Assembly: GCA_039680575.1 (NCBI GenBank)
Contig: JBDKSP010000011.1
Coordinates: forward strand, 7,861 to 71,860
DNA from: Armatimonadota bacterium
GTDB taxonomy: Bacteria > Armatimonadota > UBA5829 > DTLH01
DNA: 64,000 bases
Reading direction: 5' to 3'
Shown here: positions 20,006 to 29,396 of the stretch, in pieces
Layout: the number at the start of each line of letters is the position of its first letter
Numbering within the stretch: position 1 is the first letter of the stretch
The notes under the pieces: generated by a model
Seen by the model: only the letters and a program-made list of their open reading frames with translations
What the model was told of the DNA's origin: nothing
The model's database searches: none
Program-made: the position numbers and the translations under genes

Positions 20006-20750
20006 ACCGGTGCTTCTGCTCAGGCTGGAGGGGGTTTGGCAGTCCTGGGGGGAGAGATCGCGGTGGGATGTCCGCGATACCGGGACGGAGCCGACCAAGT
20101 CAGGTATAGTTGGGCTGCTTGGCTGCGCTCTTGGCTACCCAATGCGCGACCCACGGCTGGAAAATGAGCTCGATGCAGGGCTGCGCTTCGGCGTCCGGGT
20201 GGAAAACGCCGGGCGTGTGGTGCAGGACTATCAGACCGTGAGCGGTTTTCTTCCCACAGCCGAAGGCTCTTACCGTCACATGGGGGCAACAGCGAAATCG
20301 CTTGACAAACTTAAAAATTCTCCCGATGTGACACCATCGACGATAGTATCTCCTCGTTATTATCTGGAAGACGCCTCGTTTTTGGCGGCGTTGGAAGAAA
20401 AAGACGGCTTCAATGGGCTGCTGTCGAAGTGCGAAGCCGCCCTAAGAGAGCCGAAATGGCCGATATTTCTTGGACGAAAGGCCTGTGTGCCTACAAGGCC
20501 GGTATTGGAGAGGTTTATTGATGACTACAGTAGTATAGAAGAAGCGTTGGAGCAGTATGAGTGGTCGTGGCTGCGTTCATGCAAGGAAGACCGCAGCGAT
20601 CTTCGTCCGAAAAAGCTGGCTGTAATGATCGAAACGGCAAATGGCGAGCTTTGGCGGCAGGATGTGGTGCAGATGAACCAGGCAAGGCAGTATGGGTTCC
20701 GCCGCGTGCATTCTTACACTGTCAATACCCCGGCAGGAGGTGAGTCCTGA
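19998..20750 (+). CDS. casD: Cascade subunit Cas5e/CasD
   Basis: The N-terminus [46 protein letters not shown] is diagnostic for Cas5e. There is an 8-bp overlap with casC. Confidence 0.9.
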   Translation: [250 protein letters not shown]

Positions 20751-21364
20751 TGTATTTGTCCATGCTTCAGCTCAACCCGCGCTGTAAACAGGTGCAGTCT
20801 GAGATTTACGACCCTTATCAGATGCACCGCACACTCTGTAAGGCGTTCGGGGATGATGAGGAATCCTGGAAGAACGCGAGAGTGCTCTTCCGTGTAGATG
20901 AAACGAACGGAGGCTGCAAACTCTGCGCGTTGGTGCAGTCGAAATTGCGCCCCGATTGGACGAAACTGACTGTTCCCGGCAATTACCAGGTCGATGAGCC
21001 TAAATTGAAGGAAGTCCAGTTCGCTCTTGAAACAGGCCAGAGGTTGGGCTTCCGGCTCAGGGCAAATCCGACCGTAAAGCGCGATGGAAAGCGTGAAGGG
21101 CTCTATAAAGAGGAAGAACAATATGAATGGCTGAGGAAAAAAGGCGAACACGGCGGATTTACCGTGCTGAACGCGATAGCGAGAGCGGACGGTAAGCAGA
21201 AGAGCCTTACGGCTAAGGGGAAAGACGCGGTTTTACTGTCTGTGATATTCGAAGGCATACTGCAGATAACAGACCCGGAATTGTTCTTGAAAACGCTGGA
21301 GTCAGGCATCGGTTCAGCGAAAGGGTTTGGGTTCGGGCTGCTTTCCATTGCGCCGGTGAGGTAG
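20750..21364 (+). CDS. casE: CRISPR RNA endoribonuclease Cas6e/CasE
   Basis: MYLSMLQLNPRCKQ..YQMHRTL parallels the E. coli CasE N-terminus. The C-terminus is glycine-rich (GFGFGLLSI). Length 204 aa. Confidence 0.9.
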   Translation: MYLSMLQLNPRCKQVQSEIYDPYQMHRTLCKAFGDDEESWKNARVLFRVDETNGGCKLCALVQSKLRPDWTKLTVPGNYQVDEPKLKEVQFALETGQRLGFRLRANPTVKRDGKREGLYKEEEQYEWLRKKGEHGGFTVLNAIARADGKQKSLTAKGKDAVLLSVIFEGILQITDPELFLKTLESGIGSAKGFGFGLLSIAPVR

Positions 21365-21368
21365 TATT

Positions 21369-22322
21369 ATGACTCGTGATACTAAACTCAAAGACTTGCA
21401 CCTGCTGCCCAAGATCAAGGACTCGCTTTCGTTTCTGTATGTAGAGCATGCGAAGATAGATAAACATGATCAAGCCATAGCTATACATGACGCTGATAGC
21501 ATGACGCCTGTACCGGTGGCTAGCCTGGCTGTTTTGATGCTCGGTCCGGGAACGACGATCACGCATGCAGCCATCAATGCTCTGGCAGACAATAATTGCC
21601 TTGTAATATGGTGCGGAGAGGAAAATGTGCGGTTCTATGCCTGCGGGATAGGAGGCACGAGAAGCGCAAATCGACTGTTGAGGCAGGCAAGGCTCGCTTC
21701 AAGCGAAACAAGCCGTCTTCAAGTCGTGAAAAGAATGTACAGGATGCGCTTTGAAGAGGAAATTCCAGAGGAAACCACGGTCGATGCGTTAAGAGGTATG
21801 GAAGGCGCAAGAGTAAGACAGGCTTATTCCAGGCTGAGCGCAGAGACCGGTGTTGACTGGAATGGTAGAAATTACGACAGGCAAAACTGGCAAGCTGCCG
21901 ATGTGATAAATCGCGCAATATCGGCAGCGAATTCCTGTCTTTACGGGCTGTGCCACGCCGCGATACTATCGGCTGGGTACAGCCCGGCTATCGGTTTTAT
22001 TCATACGGGAAAGCAGTTGTCGTTCGTCTATGACATCGCTGATCTATATAAGGTGGACTTTACTGTGCCACTTGCATTCAAAATGGCGGCAGACCCACCT
22101 GCGCAGCTTGAACGAAGTGTAAGGCTTGCCTGCCGCGATGCTTTCAAAGAGATGAAATTGGTCAGCCGTATCATTCCTGATATAAAGCTCGTTCTTGGAG
22201 AAGTAGGAGACGAGGACGAGACGAGTCTTTTTGATAGCGATGAGGCGTTACCAGCCGAGTTGTGGCTGCCATCATGGGAAGTTCAGGATAAGGTGACGGA
22301 AGATGATGGTACTGATACTTGA
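21369..22322 (+). CDS. cas1: CRISPR integrase Cas1e
   Basis: 317 aa. The conserved YVEHAKIDKHDQAIAIHD region is present. It is followed by an overlapping cas2. Confidence 0.93.
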   Translation: MTRDTKLKDLHLLPKIKDSLSFLYVEHAKIDKHDQAIAIHDADSMTPVPVASLAVLMLGPGTTITHAAINALADNNCLVIWCGEENVRFYACGIGGTRSANRLLRQARLASSETSRLQVVKRMYRMRFEEEIPEETTVDALRGMEGARVRQAYSRLSAETGVDWNGRNYDRQNWQAADVINRAISAANSCLYGLCHAAILSAGYSPAIGFIHTGKQLSFVYDIADLYKVDFTVPLAFKMAADPPAQLERSVRLACRDAFKEMKLVSRIIPDIKLVLGEVGDEDETSLFDSDEALPAELWLPSWEVQDKVTEDDGTDT

Positions 22323-22590
22323 GAGTGTTCCATCCGGATTGCGGGGTGAGATCAGCCGATGGTTGATCGAACCGAAGGCAGGTGTGTTTGTCGGGAAAGT
22401 ATCAGCCATGGTGCGCGATAAGCTGTGGCAGAAAGCCTGCGAGCATTCTAAAGGGGGTGGGGTAACTATGATATATAGCACAAATAATGAACAGGGATAT
22501 ACATTTAGGACGTTTGGTGAAACATCGCGTTCTATTGTTGACTGGGAAGGCTTGATGCTCGTGAGGATAGACAATAATTCGTCATCCTAG
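22303..22590 (+). CDS. cas2: Cas2e
   Basis: 95 aa, overlapping cas1 by 20 bp. The stop codon is 1 bp from the first CRISPR repeat. Confidence 0.9.
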   Translation: MMVLILESVPSGLRGEISRWLIEPKAGVFVGKVSAMVRDKLWQKACEHSKGGGVTMIYSTNNEQGYTFRTFGETSRSIVDWEGLMLVRIDNNSSS

Positions 22591-22591
22591 A

Positions 22592-24145
22592 GTATTCCCC
22601 ACACACGTGGGGGTGAACCGCGGAGTTGCAGCGGCAAATGGCACAGATACAGGTATTCCCCACACACGTGGGGGTGAACCGCATTGGAATCGCGCTGTGC
22701 GGCGGCCACAAAAGTATTCCCCACACACGTGGGGGTGAACCGAGCCTCCAGAACCCATCCCACAGCAGTTACGAGTATTCCCCACACACGTGGGGGTGAA
22801 CCGATGTTTTCATTTCCCCTGCTCCTCCTTCAGATGTATTCCCCACACACGTGGGGGTGAACCGTTTATGCAGGCTACGGCCGATCTTTCCGCTGGGTAT
22901 TCCCCACACACGTGGGGGTGAACCGGGTCAATTCCTCATTTTCACGCACTAGTGATTGTATTCCCCACACACGTGGGGGTGAACCGGCCTTGAGCACTGC
23001 TGTTTCGAGTTCTGCCCTGTATTCCCCACACACGTGGGGGTGAACCGTCCGGGGTGTTGTGGTTTGTATCAACTCAGGTGTATTCCCCACACACGTGGGG
23101 GTGAACCGCAGCTCGAGCTTGCGGAAAAGCAGCAGGAGTTGTATTCCCCACACACGTGGGGGTGAACCGTCATCCGCAAACCCGATAGCGACGGTGTCGC
23201 CGTATTCCCCACACACGTGGGGGTGAACCGCCGACTGTCCGGGTAGATATGCTCTGCTATAAGTATTCCCCACACACGTGGGGGTGAACCGTTAGGGTCA
23301 CTGTAGGCACAATTCTGGCCTTGGTATTCCCCACACACGTGGGGGTGAACCGATATATTGTCCGCTGAACCGTGGGACGACAGCGTATTCCCCACACACG
23401 TGGGGGTGAACCGAACATACTTGCCGTTGACCATCCCCCAGCCGTGTATTCCCCACACACGTGGGGGTGAACCGAACTGTGCAGGGTATTGGATCGCCGG
23501 CGTCACGTATTCCCCACACACGTGGGGGTGAACCGGGGAGACAGAATCATGAACGAGCAAATACACAGTATTCCCCACACACGTGGGGGTGAACCGGTTC
23601 GCAGGTGGTTTCACGCATAAACTCAACCGTATTCCCCACACACGTGGGGGTGAACCGGGTCGCCACTCTTTCTGGCATTCAGCCGGTCAGTATTCCCCAC
23701 ACACGTGGGGGTGAACCGCAGTGCTCCCTGAGTTCCAGCGAAGCACCGTCGTATTCCCCACACACGTGGGGGTGAACCGGGAGTGCGGTGAACCCGCTGC
23801 CCCTCCAGACTGTATTCCCCACACACGTGGGGGTGAACCGACTGCCGTGAGCACAGAGAACGCTAAAACCGCGTATTCCCCACACACGTGGGGGTGAACC
23901 GCGTGTCAGCATTCGTTCGCGCAGCAGTGCAGAGTATTCCCCACACACGTGGGGGTGAACCGATAGTACCGGCACTGAAATACCGGTGCTGAACGTATTC
24001 CCCACACACGTGGGGGTGAACCGGACAAGGACAAGTTCCACTGCTTGGACGCTCTGTATTCCCCACACACGTGGGGGTGAACCGATGTAAAGGCGCAAAA
24101 CAATCTACACGAACTAGTATTCCCCACACACGTGGGGGTGAACCG
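22592..24145 (+). CRISPR. Type I-E CRISPR array with 26 identical 29-bp repeats (GTATTCCCCACACACGTGGGGGTGAACCG) and 25 spacers of 32 bp
   Basis: Strict 61-bp periodicity was counted directly. The repeat shares the I-E consensus architecture (G.TTCCCC...GGGG.TAAACCG-like) with a CACGTG-containing hairpin core. It is on the same strand as the cas genes. The minus-strand ORFs in the ORF track with recurring HPHVCGEY peptides are artefacts of repeat translation. Confidence 0.97.
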
Positions 24146-24161
24146 GACGGCATTGGCTTTC

Positions 24162-26534
24162 CTAATCCCGTTGTTTTCTTCTCACTATCAGCATCCCGGC
24201 TATGAATGCGAGCGAGGAGAAATACAGGATCATTCCGGTCCGGTATGGTGTGTTCACGTACTCCATTCTTATATCATGTTTGCCTTTGGGGAGGTATACC
24301 GCCCGGAACAGGTAGTCTGCGCACAGGACTTTTACGGGTTTTCCGTCTACCCATGCCTGCCACCGTGGGTAATATACCTCACTGAAGAACAGGTAGCCGT
24401 TTGACGCCATATCAGCCTTAACATCGAGCCTGGTATCCGAGTAGGACGTAATTACTGCCCGGTCTTTTGCCGGATTGCCCGGAACCCGGCGAATTACGTT
24501 TCTGTTTTCGAGTATTATCGTCTTTTTTGGATCAAAGTCCGGCTCTTTTATCTCTTTAAGCGCTGCGTCGGGACTTTCCGCAAGTGTCGCGCTGTGAACG
24601 GTGAAAACTCTCGGAAGCCAGTTCCTGTTGTAGTAGACAAATGACTTTCCCGCGTGGATTTCCGCAAGATGGCTGCCTGTCAATCGCTTCGTGGATAGCA
24701 CATACTTTACGTTGAGCAGGCCGACCAAAGGGGAATCATGCCGGGTAATATCAGCGCTCACTCCGACATACGCAGGCGTGTTCTGGATAGCTCCTGCGTA
24801 GGCTGCGTAACGGCCTATTGAAGTGGGATAATAGCCGTTGACGCTCTCCAGCCCGTCAAAAACCCCCTGGGCGTATTGAAATGAGTCCGTGTCCATAGGA
24901 AGTATGCGGAAGCGGTCGCTGTCGGCTTTGATGATATTTATCGCCATTCTGTCCCCGGAAGTATAGAATTTCCGCGCGTTTGTGGTGAAAAGCAGCGGAT
25001 CGGCATAAAACCACAGGTCGATAAACGATAATGCGATGAGTGCGGTCGCGGCGGCATTAAGACTGATCCATTTTCGCGTAAGAGCAGTGACTGCTAGAGT
25101 CCCTAGCGCAATAAGCGCCGCAGTCCAGGCAAGTCCCGATAGCTGCATCGCATAAAGTCCTGCCAGTTTGCCCATAACGGCTTCGGGGTTGCTCCTGGTA
25201 GAGCCGATAATGCGTTCGGCGTGCGATAATATAATGCCTTTTGCCGCCCACCAGGCCACGAGGGAGATAATTACGGCGAGAAACGAGAAAGCCATGACCT
25301 TCCTGGCCAGCACAGCCTTGCCTTGTGCGTTTTGCGTCTCCGGTTCGATGGCAGCGAGTCGCGGAGACCTGAGCCTGACCGATGATGAGATCACTATATC
25401 AGTTCCGTAAGCCGCAAGCCCCGCCATTGCGAATGTATAGAGGTAAAGTATCTTGCTTGGAGCCCGGATCATACTGAAACCGGGGATTTTGTATATCAAT
25501 TTGAAGAACGGAGTATAATCACCGAGCGCGATCAGGATAGATAAAATGGCAAGCGCCTTGAAATATCCCGCGCGGGAGTCACGCATACCGAAAAATGCGA
25601 TGATAGCGAGAATGAACGGCAGAATGCCGATGAACATCGATCCGTCCCAGTAAAGCGCGCCGAAAGCGGAGTTTTCCTGCACCGGGCTGCCCCAGAACGA
25701 GGGCGCTATAGCAGTGACGAGCTGTGCAGGAGCGAGCGAAAACGAGGATGCGAAGCTGTAGTCCGTGCCGCCTCCACGGTTGGAAAGCGCTGTTGATTCT
25801 AAAAACTGCAGGATATATGGAGAGGATATAAAAAACGTGAAAAGAAAGGCTATTACAGCGAGACCAGCGTAAACCGGGACCAGGTTGAGCTTTCGTTCTT
25901 TGGCAACCATCGGCAAAACGCGCCAGATAAAGAAGATGGCCATAGCCAGCCCGGTGTAGTAGACATATTGTGGGTGCAGCCCAAGCAGTTGAAACCCCAG
26001 GACCACACCGGTCAGAGCAGCATACCGGAACTGCCTTGTCTCGACAGCTTTGTCAAGGAACAGAAACGTGAGTGGTATCCACACGCCCGACCAGATTGCG
26101 CCGCCATGACCCGCGTATATCTTCGAGATAAAGAACGCTGAGAACCCGAAGGCCATTCCTCCGATGATGGAGCCCGTATTGCTGCGTCCGAACCTTCGCA
26201 TGAGCATGTACATAAAGACCGCGGCTCCGAATATATGGATGATATACCGCCATGTCATCTCTCTTGGGAGCGGCATTGTCAGGCACAACCAGTCCAGAGG
26301 GTAAAGAGGTATAGCGGATGTGAGAGGAAAGCCGCTCATCATATAGGGGAACCAGTCAGGTCTCACTCCGCTTTGCACAGCATGGCTGAAATACCAACTG
26401 AACGGGTAACCCTGCGTAACGATATCCATTCCGAAAATAGTACCCGGTCTGAAAATGACATTGTGGAAGATCAGCAGAGTCGAAATGGCGAAAAGCACAG
26501 CTACGGATGGACCGAAAGCAGCCTGTTTTTTCAT
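24162..26534 (-). CDS. YfhO-family GT-C-like membrane glycosyltransferase
   Basis: 790 aa with more than 12 TM helices. The C-terminal soluble domain carries the YYPRWQAWVDGKPVKV...LPKGKHDIRMEY motif characteristic of the YfhO family. It lies in a glycan locus with a GtrB-like GT2. Confidence 0.65.
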   Translation of the reverse strand: MKKQAAFGPSVAVLFAISTLLIFHNVIFRPGTIFGMDIVTQGYPFSWYFSHAVQSGVRPDWFPYMMSGFPLTSAIPLYPLDWLCLTMPLPREMTWRYIIHIFGAAVFMYMLMRRFGRSNTGSIIGGMAFGFSAFFISKIYAGHGGAIWSGVWIPLTFLFLDKAVETRQFRYAALTGVVLGFQLLGLHPQYVYYTGLAMAIFFIWRVLPMVAKERKLNLVPVYAGLAVIAFLFTFFISSPYILQFLESTALSNRGGGTDYSFASSFSLAPAQLVTAIAPSFWGSPVQENSAFGALYWDGSMFIGILPFILAIIAFFGMRDSRAGYFKALAILSILIALGDYTPFFKLIYKIPGFSMIRAPSKILYLYTFAMAGLAAYGTDIVISSSVRLRSPRLAAIEPETQNAQGKAVLARKVMAFSFLAVIISLVAWWAAKGIILSHAERIIGSTRSNPEAVMGKLAGLYAMQLSGLAWTAALIALGTLAVTALTRKWISLNAAATALIALSFIDLWFYADPLLFTTNARKFYTSGDRMAINIIKADSDRFRILPMDTDSFQYAQGVFDGLESVNGYYPTSIGRYAAYAGAIQNTPAYVGVSADITRHDSPLVGLLNVKYVLSTKRLTGSHLAEIHAGKSFVYYNRNWLPRVFTVHSATLAESPDAALKEIKEPDFDPKKTIILENRNVIRRVPGNPAKDRAVITSYSDTRLDVKADMASNGYLFFSEVYYPRWQAWVDGKPVKVLCADYLFRAVYLPKGKHDIRMEYVNTPYRTGMILYFSSLAFIAGMLIVRRKQRD

Positions 26535-26566
26535 CTTGATACACGGCCTCCTTTAAGAGGTTGCAA

Positions 26567-27727
26567 TTACTTATGTGCCGGCTTCAGCAGGCCGAGCATA
26601 GTTGCGCCGATTTTGGCGGCAGTCGCGGTATTGAGCAGCATATTGGAGTAGGCCTGGTTGGCGAGAGGACACCAGCAATTGCCTTTCTTTATGTATTGCC
26701 GGATTTCATCCGCGCGCGGCGAGCGCCAGATCCTCCAGAAGTCGTAATCATAATCCGAGAGTCGTCCCATCGACTTGTCATACCCCAGTACGCAGCACGG
26801 CCATACGTCTCCATAGGGGCTGATGTGAACATTCGATATTCCTCCGTAGCAGGGCAGCACCTGTTTTCTCTCGTGCAGAATACGTACGACGAGATTGTAA
26901 TAAACGAGTCTCGATGCGCTTATCTGCTTTCCGAGCTTTCCGGCTTCTCTCAAGTGCCTGCGGCTTTCATCGGAGAAAGCCCGAATTGCCTGTTCGTAGT
27001 CATCCGCGGTCGGGGTGATCGAGTCTTCCTCGTTGAACATCTCGCTTCTCTGCTCGGCAATCTCGCTTATGTAGCTGTCCAACCCCAGAAGGTGAACGAA
27101 ACGGGCGACTTCTCTGATATTATGCACGTTATAGCTGGATATGACCGTTCCAGCGCCGACCTCCAGGTTCGAATAGCGCTCTTTCAGCTTTTTCAGCCGG
27201 TTTATGGTCTCCAGCAGCTTATCGAAGTTACCGGGGACACCTCGGATCTCGTCATGTGAGTCTCCCACGCCATCGAATGAAGGCTTGACGGTAAACATGA
27301 CCTGTCTTTTGCTTGCTTTAAGCCGTTTCAGGATATCTTCCGTCATTGCGACTATCCGGTCGGTCAGGATGGCGTTCGTCGGAGTATGGATAACCCCAGG
27401 CGTGAGCAGTTCATTAGCGAGTTCCACTATCTGAGGGAAATCTTTTCTGAGGAATGGTTCGCCGCCGCTCATATTGACAAAATAGACGTGTCCCAGGCTC
27501 TTGAAAAGCCTCTCGAAGTCTCCGAGCGTCATTTCGTCTTTCAGGTTTGTGCCGCACTCGCCGCGATACATATCCCATATATTACAGGTCTTGCATCTGG
27601 ACTGGCACATGTTGGTGACGGAAAGGGTGATGTTTATGGGACGGCCCGGAGACACCATACCCAATCGGGCCAGTTTATAGTTCATCGTCCTGGGAAGTAT
27701 GTCAGTTATCAGCGCTTTAGGGGTCAT
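26567..27727 (-). CDS. Radical SAM enzyme with a C-terminal SPASM/twitch-like Cys cluster
   Basis: CQSRCKTC is a CX3CX2C motif located about 40 aa from the chosen start. The C-terminus has PCCV and CWCP cysteines. The start was trimmed to ATG 27727, 22 bp after the upstream flippase stop; the six-frame ORF extends further to 28000. Confidence 0.7.
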   Translation of the reverse strand: MTPKALITDILPRTMNYKLARLGMVSPGRPINITLSVTNMCQSRCKTCNIWDMYRGECGTNLKDEMTLGDFERLFKSLGHVYFVNMSGGEPFLRKDFPQIVELANELLTPGVIHTPTNAILTDRIVAMTEDILKRLKASKRQVMFTVKPSFDGVGDSHDEIRGVPGNFDKLLETINRLKKLKERYSNLEVGAGTVISSYNVHNIREVARFVHLLGLDSYISEIAEQRSEMFNEEDSITPTADDYEQAIRAFSDESRRHLREAGKLGKQISASRLVYYNLVVRILHERKQVLPCYGGISNVHISPYGDVWPCCVLGYDKSMGRLSDYDYDFWRIWRSPRADEIRQYIKKGNCWCPLANQAYSNMLLNTATAAKIGATMLGLLKPAHK

Positions 27728-27749
27728 ACCACCAACAGTTAGCCTCCGT

Positions 27750-29396
27750 TTATTCTTCAGCACCTTTACCCGGAACTGCTGAGGCGTAAACATGCCCGGC
27801 AGAAGGATTAAGCATCGATTTTGCTGAACGGTACGATTCTCTATCGAGAGAAACAGCGATGAGCGGATACGCGATAAGCGTGAGTATAGCCGATCCGAGC
27901 GCTGTAGCAAGCCCGCTCGGAAGTATGAGTGCTGCAATGGCAAACGAGGCGCCGACAGCGCATAATGAGCTGAAAAGCGGGTGTTTGAACATCTCCGCAT
28001 ATCCGCCCACAGTCATATCCAGCATCTTGACGACCTTCCAAAGCGCCATGCTTGTGCCGATAATGTAGGCACAGGTGAAAAGGACCGCAACACCAGCCGC
28101 ACCGAACTTTATCGCAACCGGATAGACAAGCGGCGCCGCGATGCCGAGCTGCAGGAAGTTAAGCCGGTACACCCACTTGGGCTCACCCATGGCCATAAAA
28201 ACGATCCCTGCTGTCGCGCCGATAGACCGGAACATCCCGTAAAACGCAAGTATTCTGAAAAGCGGTATAGCAGGAGCCCATTTTCTTCCGAAAAACCCCA
28301 GCACGAAGTCGCTTGCCGCAAGCGCCAGCCATATCGCTGCCGGGAAAGAGAGCATCGAAATGCTCTTCACGGTCCGAGTGTATGCTCGTCTCAAGGCCGG
28401 TATATCATTGTTCAGTTTCGAGTAAGTAGGAAACATCACTTTGTTGACGATGTGAGTGATATTCGTCGCGGGCAGGTTGCAGATGGTATAGGCAAGGCTG
28501 TAGTAGCCGAGGATAGTCACGCCCAGCCATCTCCCGATAGCCGCGTTGTCGATATAGAAAAAGGCAAGGAACAGGAATGTGGCTGCCATCAGCGGTTTTC
28601 CGAAACTGAGTGTGCGTTTGGCGCTTTCTTTATGAAAAGATGCAACCGGCTTCCAACCCGCGACTGTCCAGGTGACAATGGCGGATATTGTAACGCTTGC
28701 CAGATGTCCGATTACGAGGCTCCATACTCCGAGCCCTTTGTAAGCGAGCGTGATCGAAACGGCTGCATAGGAAAGACCCATCGCAAGCTCCGGCAGCGCC
28801 CGCCTTTTGAACTCAAGGTCTTTTTCCAGAAGAGTCGAAGGGACTGTCGCAAGTGAAGATAAAACGACTGAAAAGCTCATTATCCTGAGCGGCCAGATGA
28901 ACGCCGGTCCGCCGAACACCATTGAGATAAGCGGGCTCGCTGCATAGATCACAGCCCATGCGCTGAAGCCGAATATTGCGCTCATCAGAAATGTCGTTTC
29001 GGCGTTTTTCTGCACATCGGTCTTATGGTAGATAAGCGCCTGGCCGAATCCAAGGTCGCGGAAGAGTGTCAGCGCGGTTACGATCATTGTCCCAAGTGCG
29101 AACAGCCCGAATACGGATGGAGCCAGCAGCCGTGCAAGCACGATTGTCACCAGAAACTGCATTATCCTGACGGTAATCGCGCCTGTAAACGTCCAGCCGA
29201 CTCCGGTAATTACGTTTCTGCCAATAGTTTTTTTCATATAGTCCGCCTGATAGTCAGTGTCGTTGTGTTTTGGAATCTGTTCGATCTTGAGCCGGTCGGC
29301 TAACGTCGCCATGAGATGCCGCTCAATGAATCCTGCAGCGCCTGTTACGAGCGTTTTTATTTTCCGAAAGCAGTTACCGCCAGACTCCTGCGGCAA
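27750..29396 (-). CDS. MOP-superfamily polysaccharide flippase (Wzx-like)
   Basis: 548 aa with about 12-14 TM helices and the usual Wzx layout. Confidence 0.7.
   Translation of the reverse strand: MPQESGGNCFRKIKTLVTGAAGFIERHLMATLADRLKIEQIPKHNDTDYQADYMKKTIGRNVITGVGWTFTGAITVRIMQFLVTIVLARLLAPSVFGLFALGTMIVTALTLFRDLGFGQALIYHKTDVQKNAETTFLMSAIFGFSAWAVIYAASPLISMVFGGPAFIWPLRIMSFSVVLSSLATVPSTLLEKDLEFKRRALPELAMGLSYAAVSITLAYKGLGVWSLVIGHLASVTISAIVTWTVAGWKPVASFHKESAKRTLSFGKPLMAATFLFLAFFYIDNAAIGRWLGVTILGYYSLAYTICNLPATNITHIVNKVMFPTYSKLNNDIPALRRAYTRTVKSISMLSFPAAIWLALAASDFVLGFFGRKWAPAIPLFRILAFYGMFRSIGATAGIVFMAMGEPKWVYRLNFLQLGIAAPLVYPVAIKFGAAGVAVLFTCAYIIGTSMALWKVVKMLDMTVGGYAEMFKHPLFSSLCAVGASFAIAALILPSGLATALGSAILTLIAYPLIAVSLDRESYRSAKSMLNPSAGHVYASAVPGKGAEE

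Noticed and set aside
22636-22652. TGGCAC-N5-CAGG resembling a sigma-54 -24 element
   Set aside because: It lies inside CRISPR spacer 1 and lacks the -12 TTGC.
22532-24153. Eleven minus-strand ORFs (60-190 aa) with recurring HPHVCGEY / TPTCVGNT peptides
   Set aside because: They are translations of the CRISPR repeat in three frames across the array, not genes.
27981-28856. Plus-strand 291-aa Arg-rich ORF
   Set aside because: Antisense to the Wzx-like flippase. It has extreme Arg/His/Cys composition and no start context.
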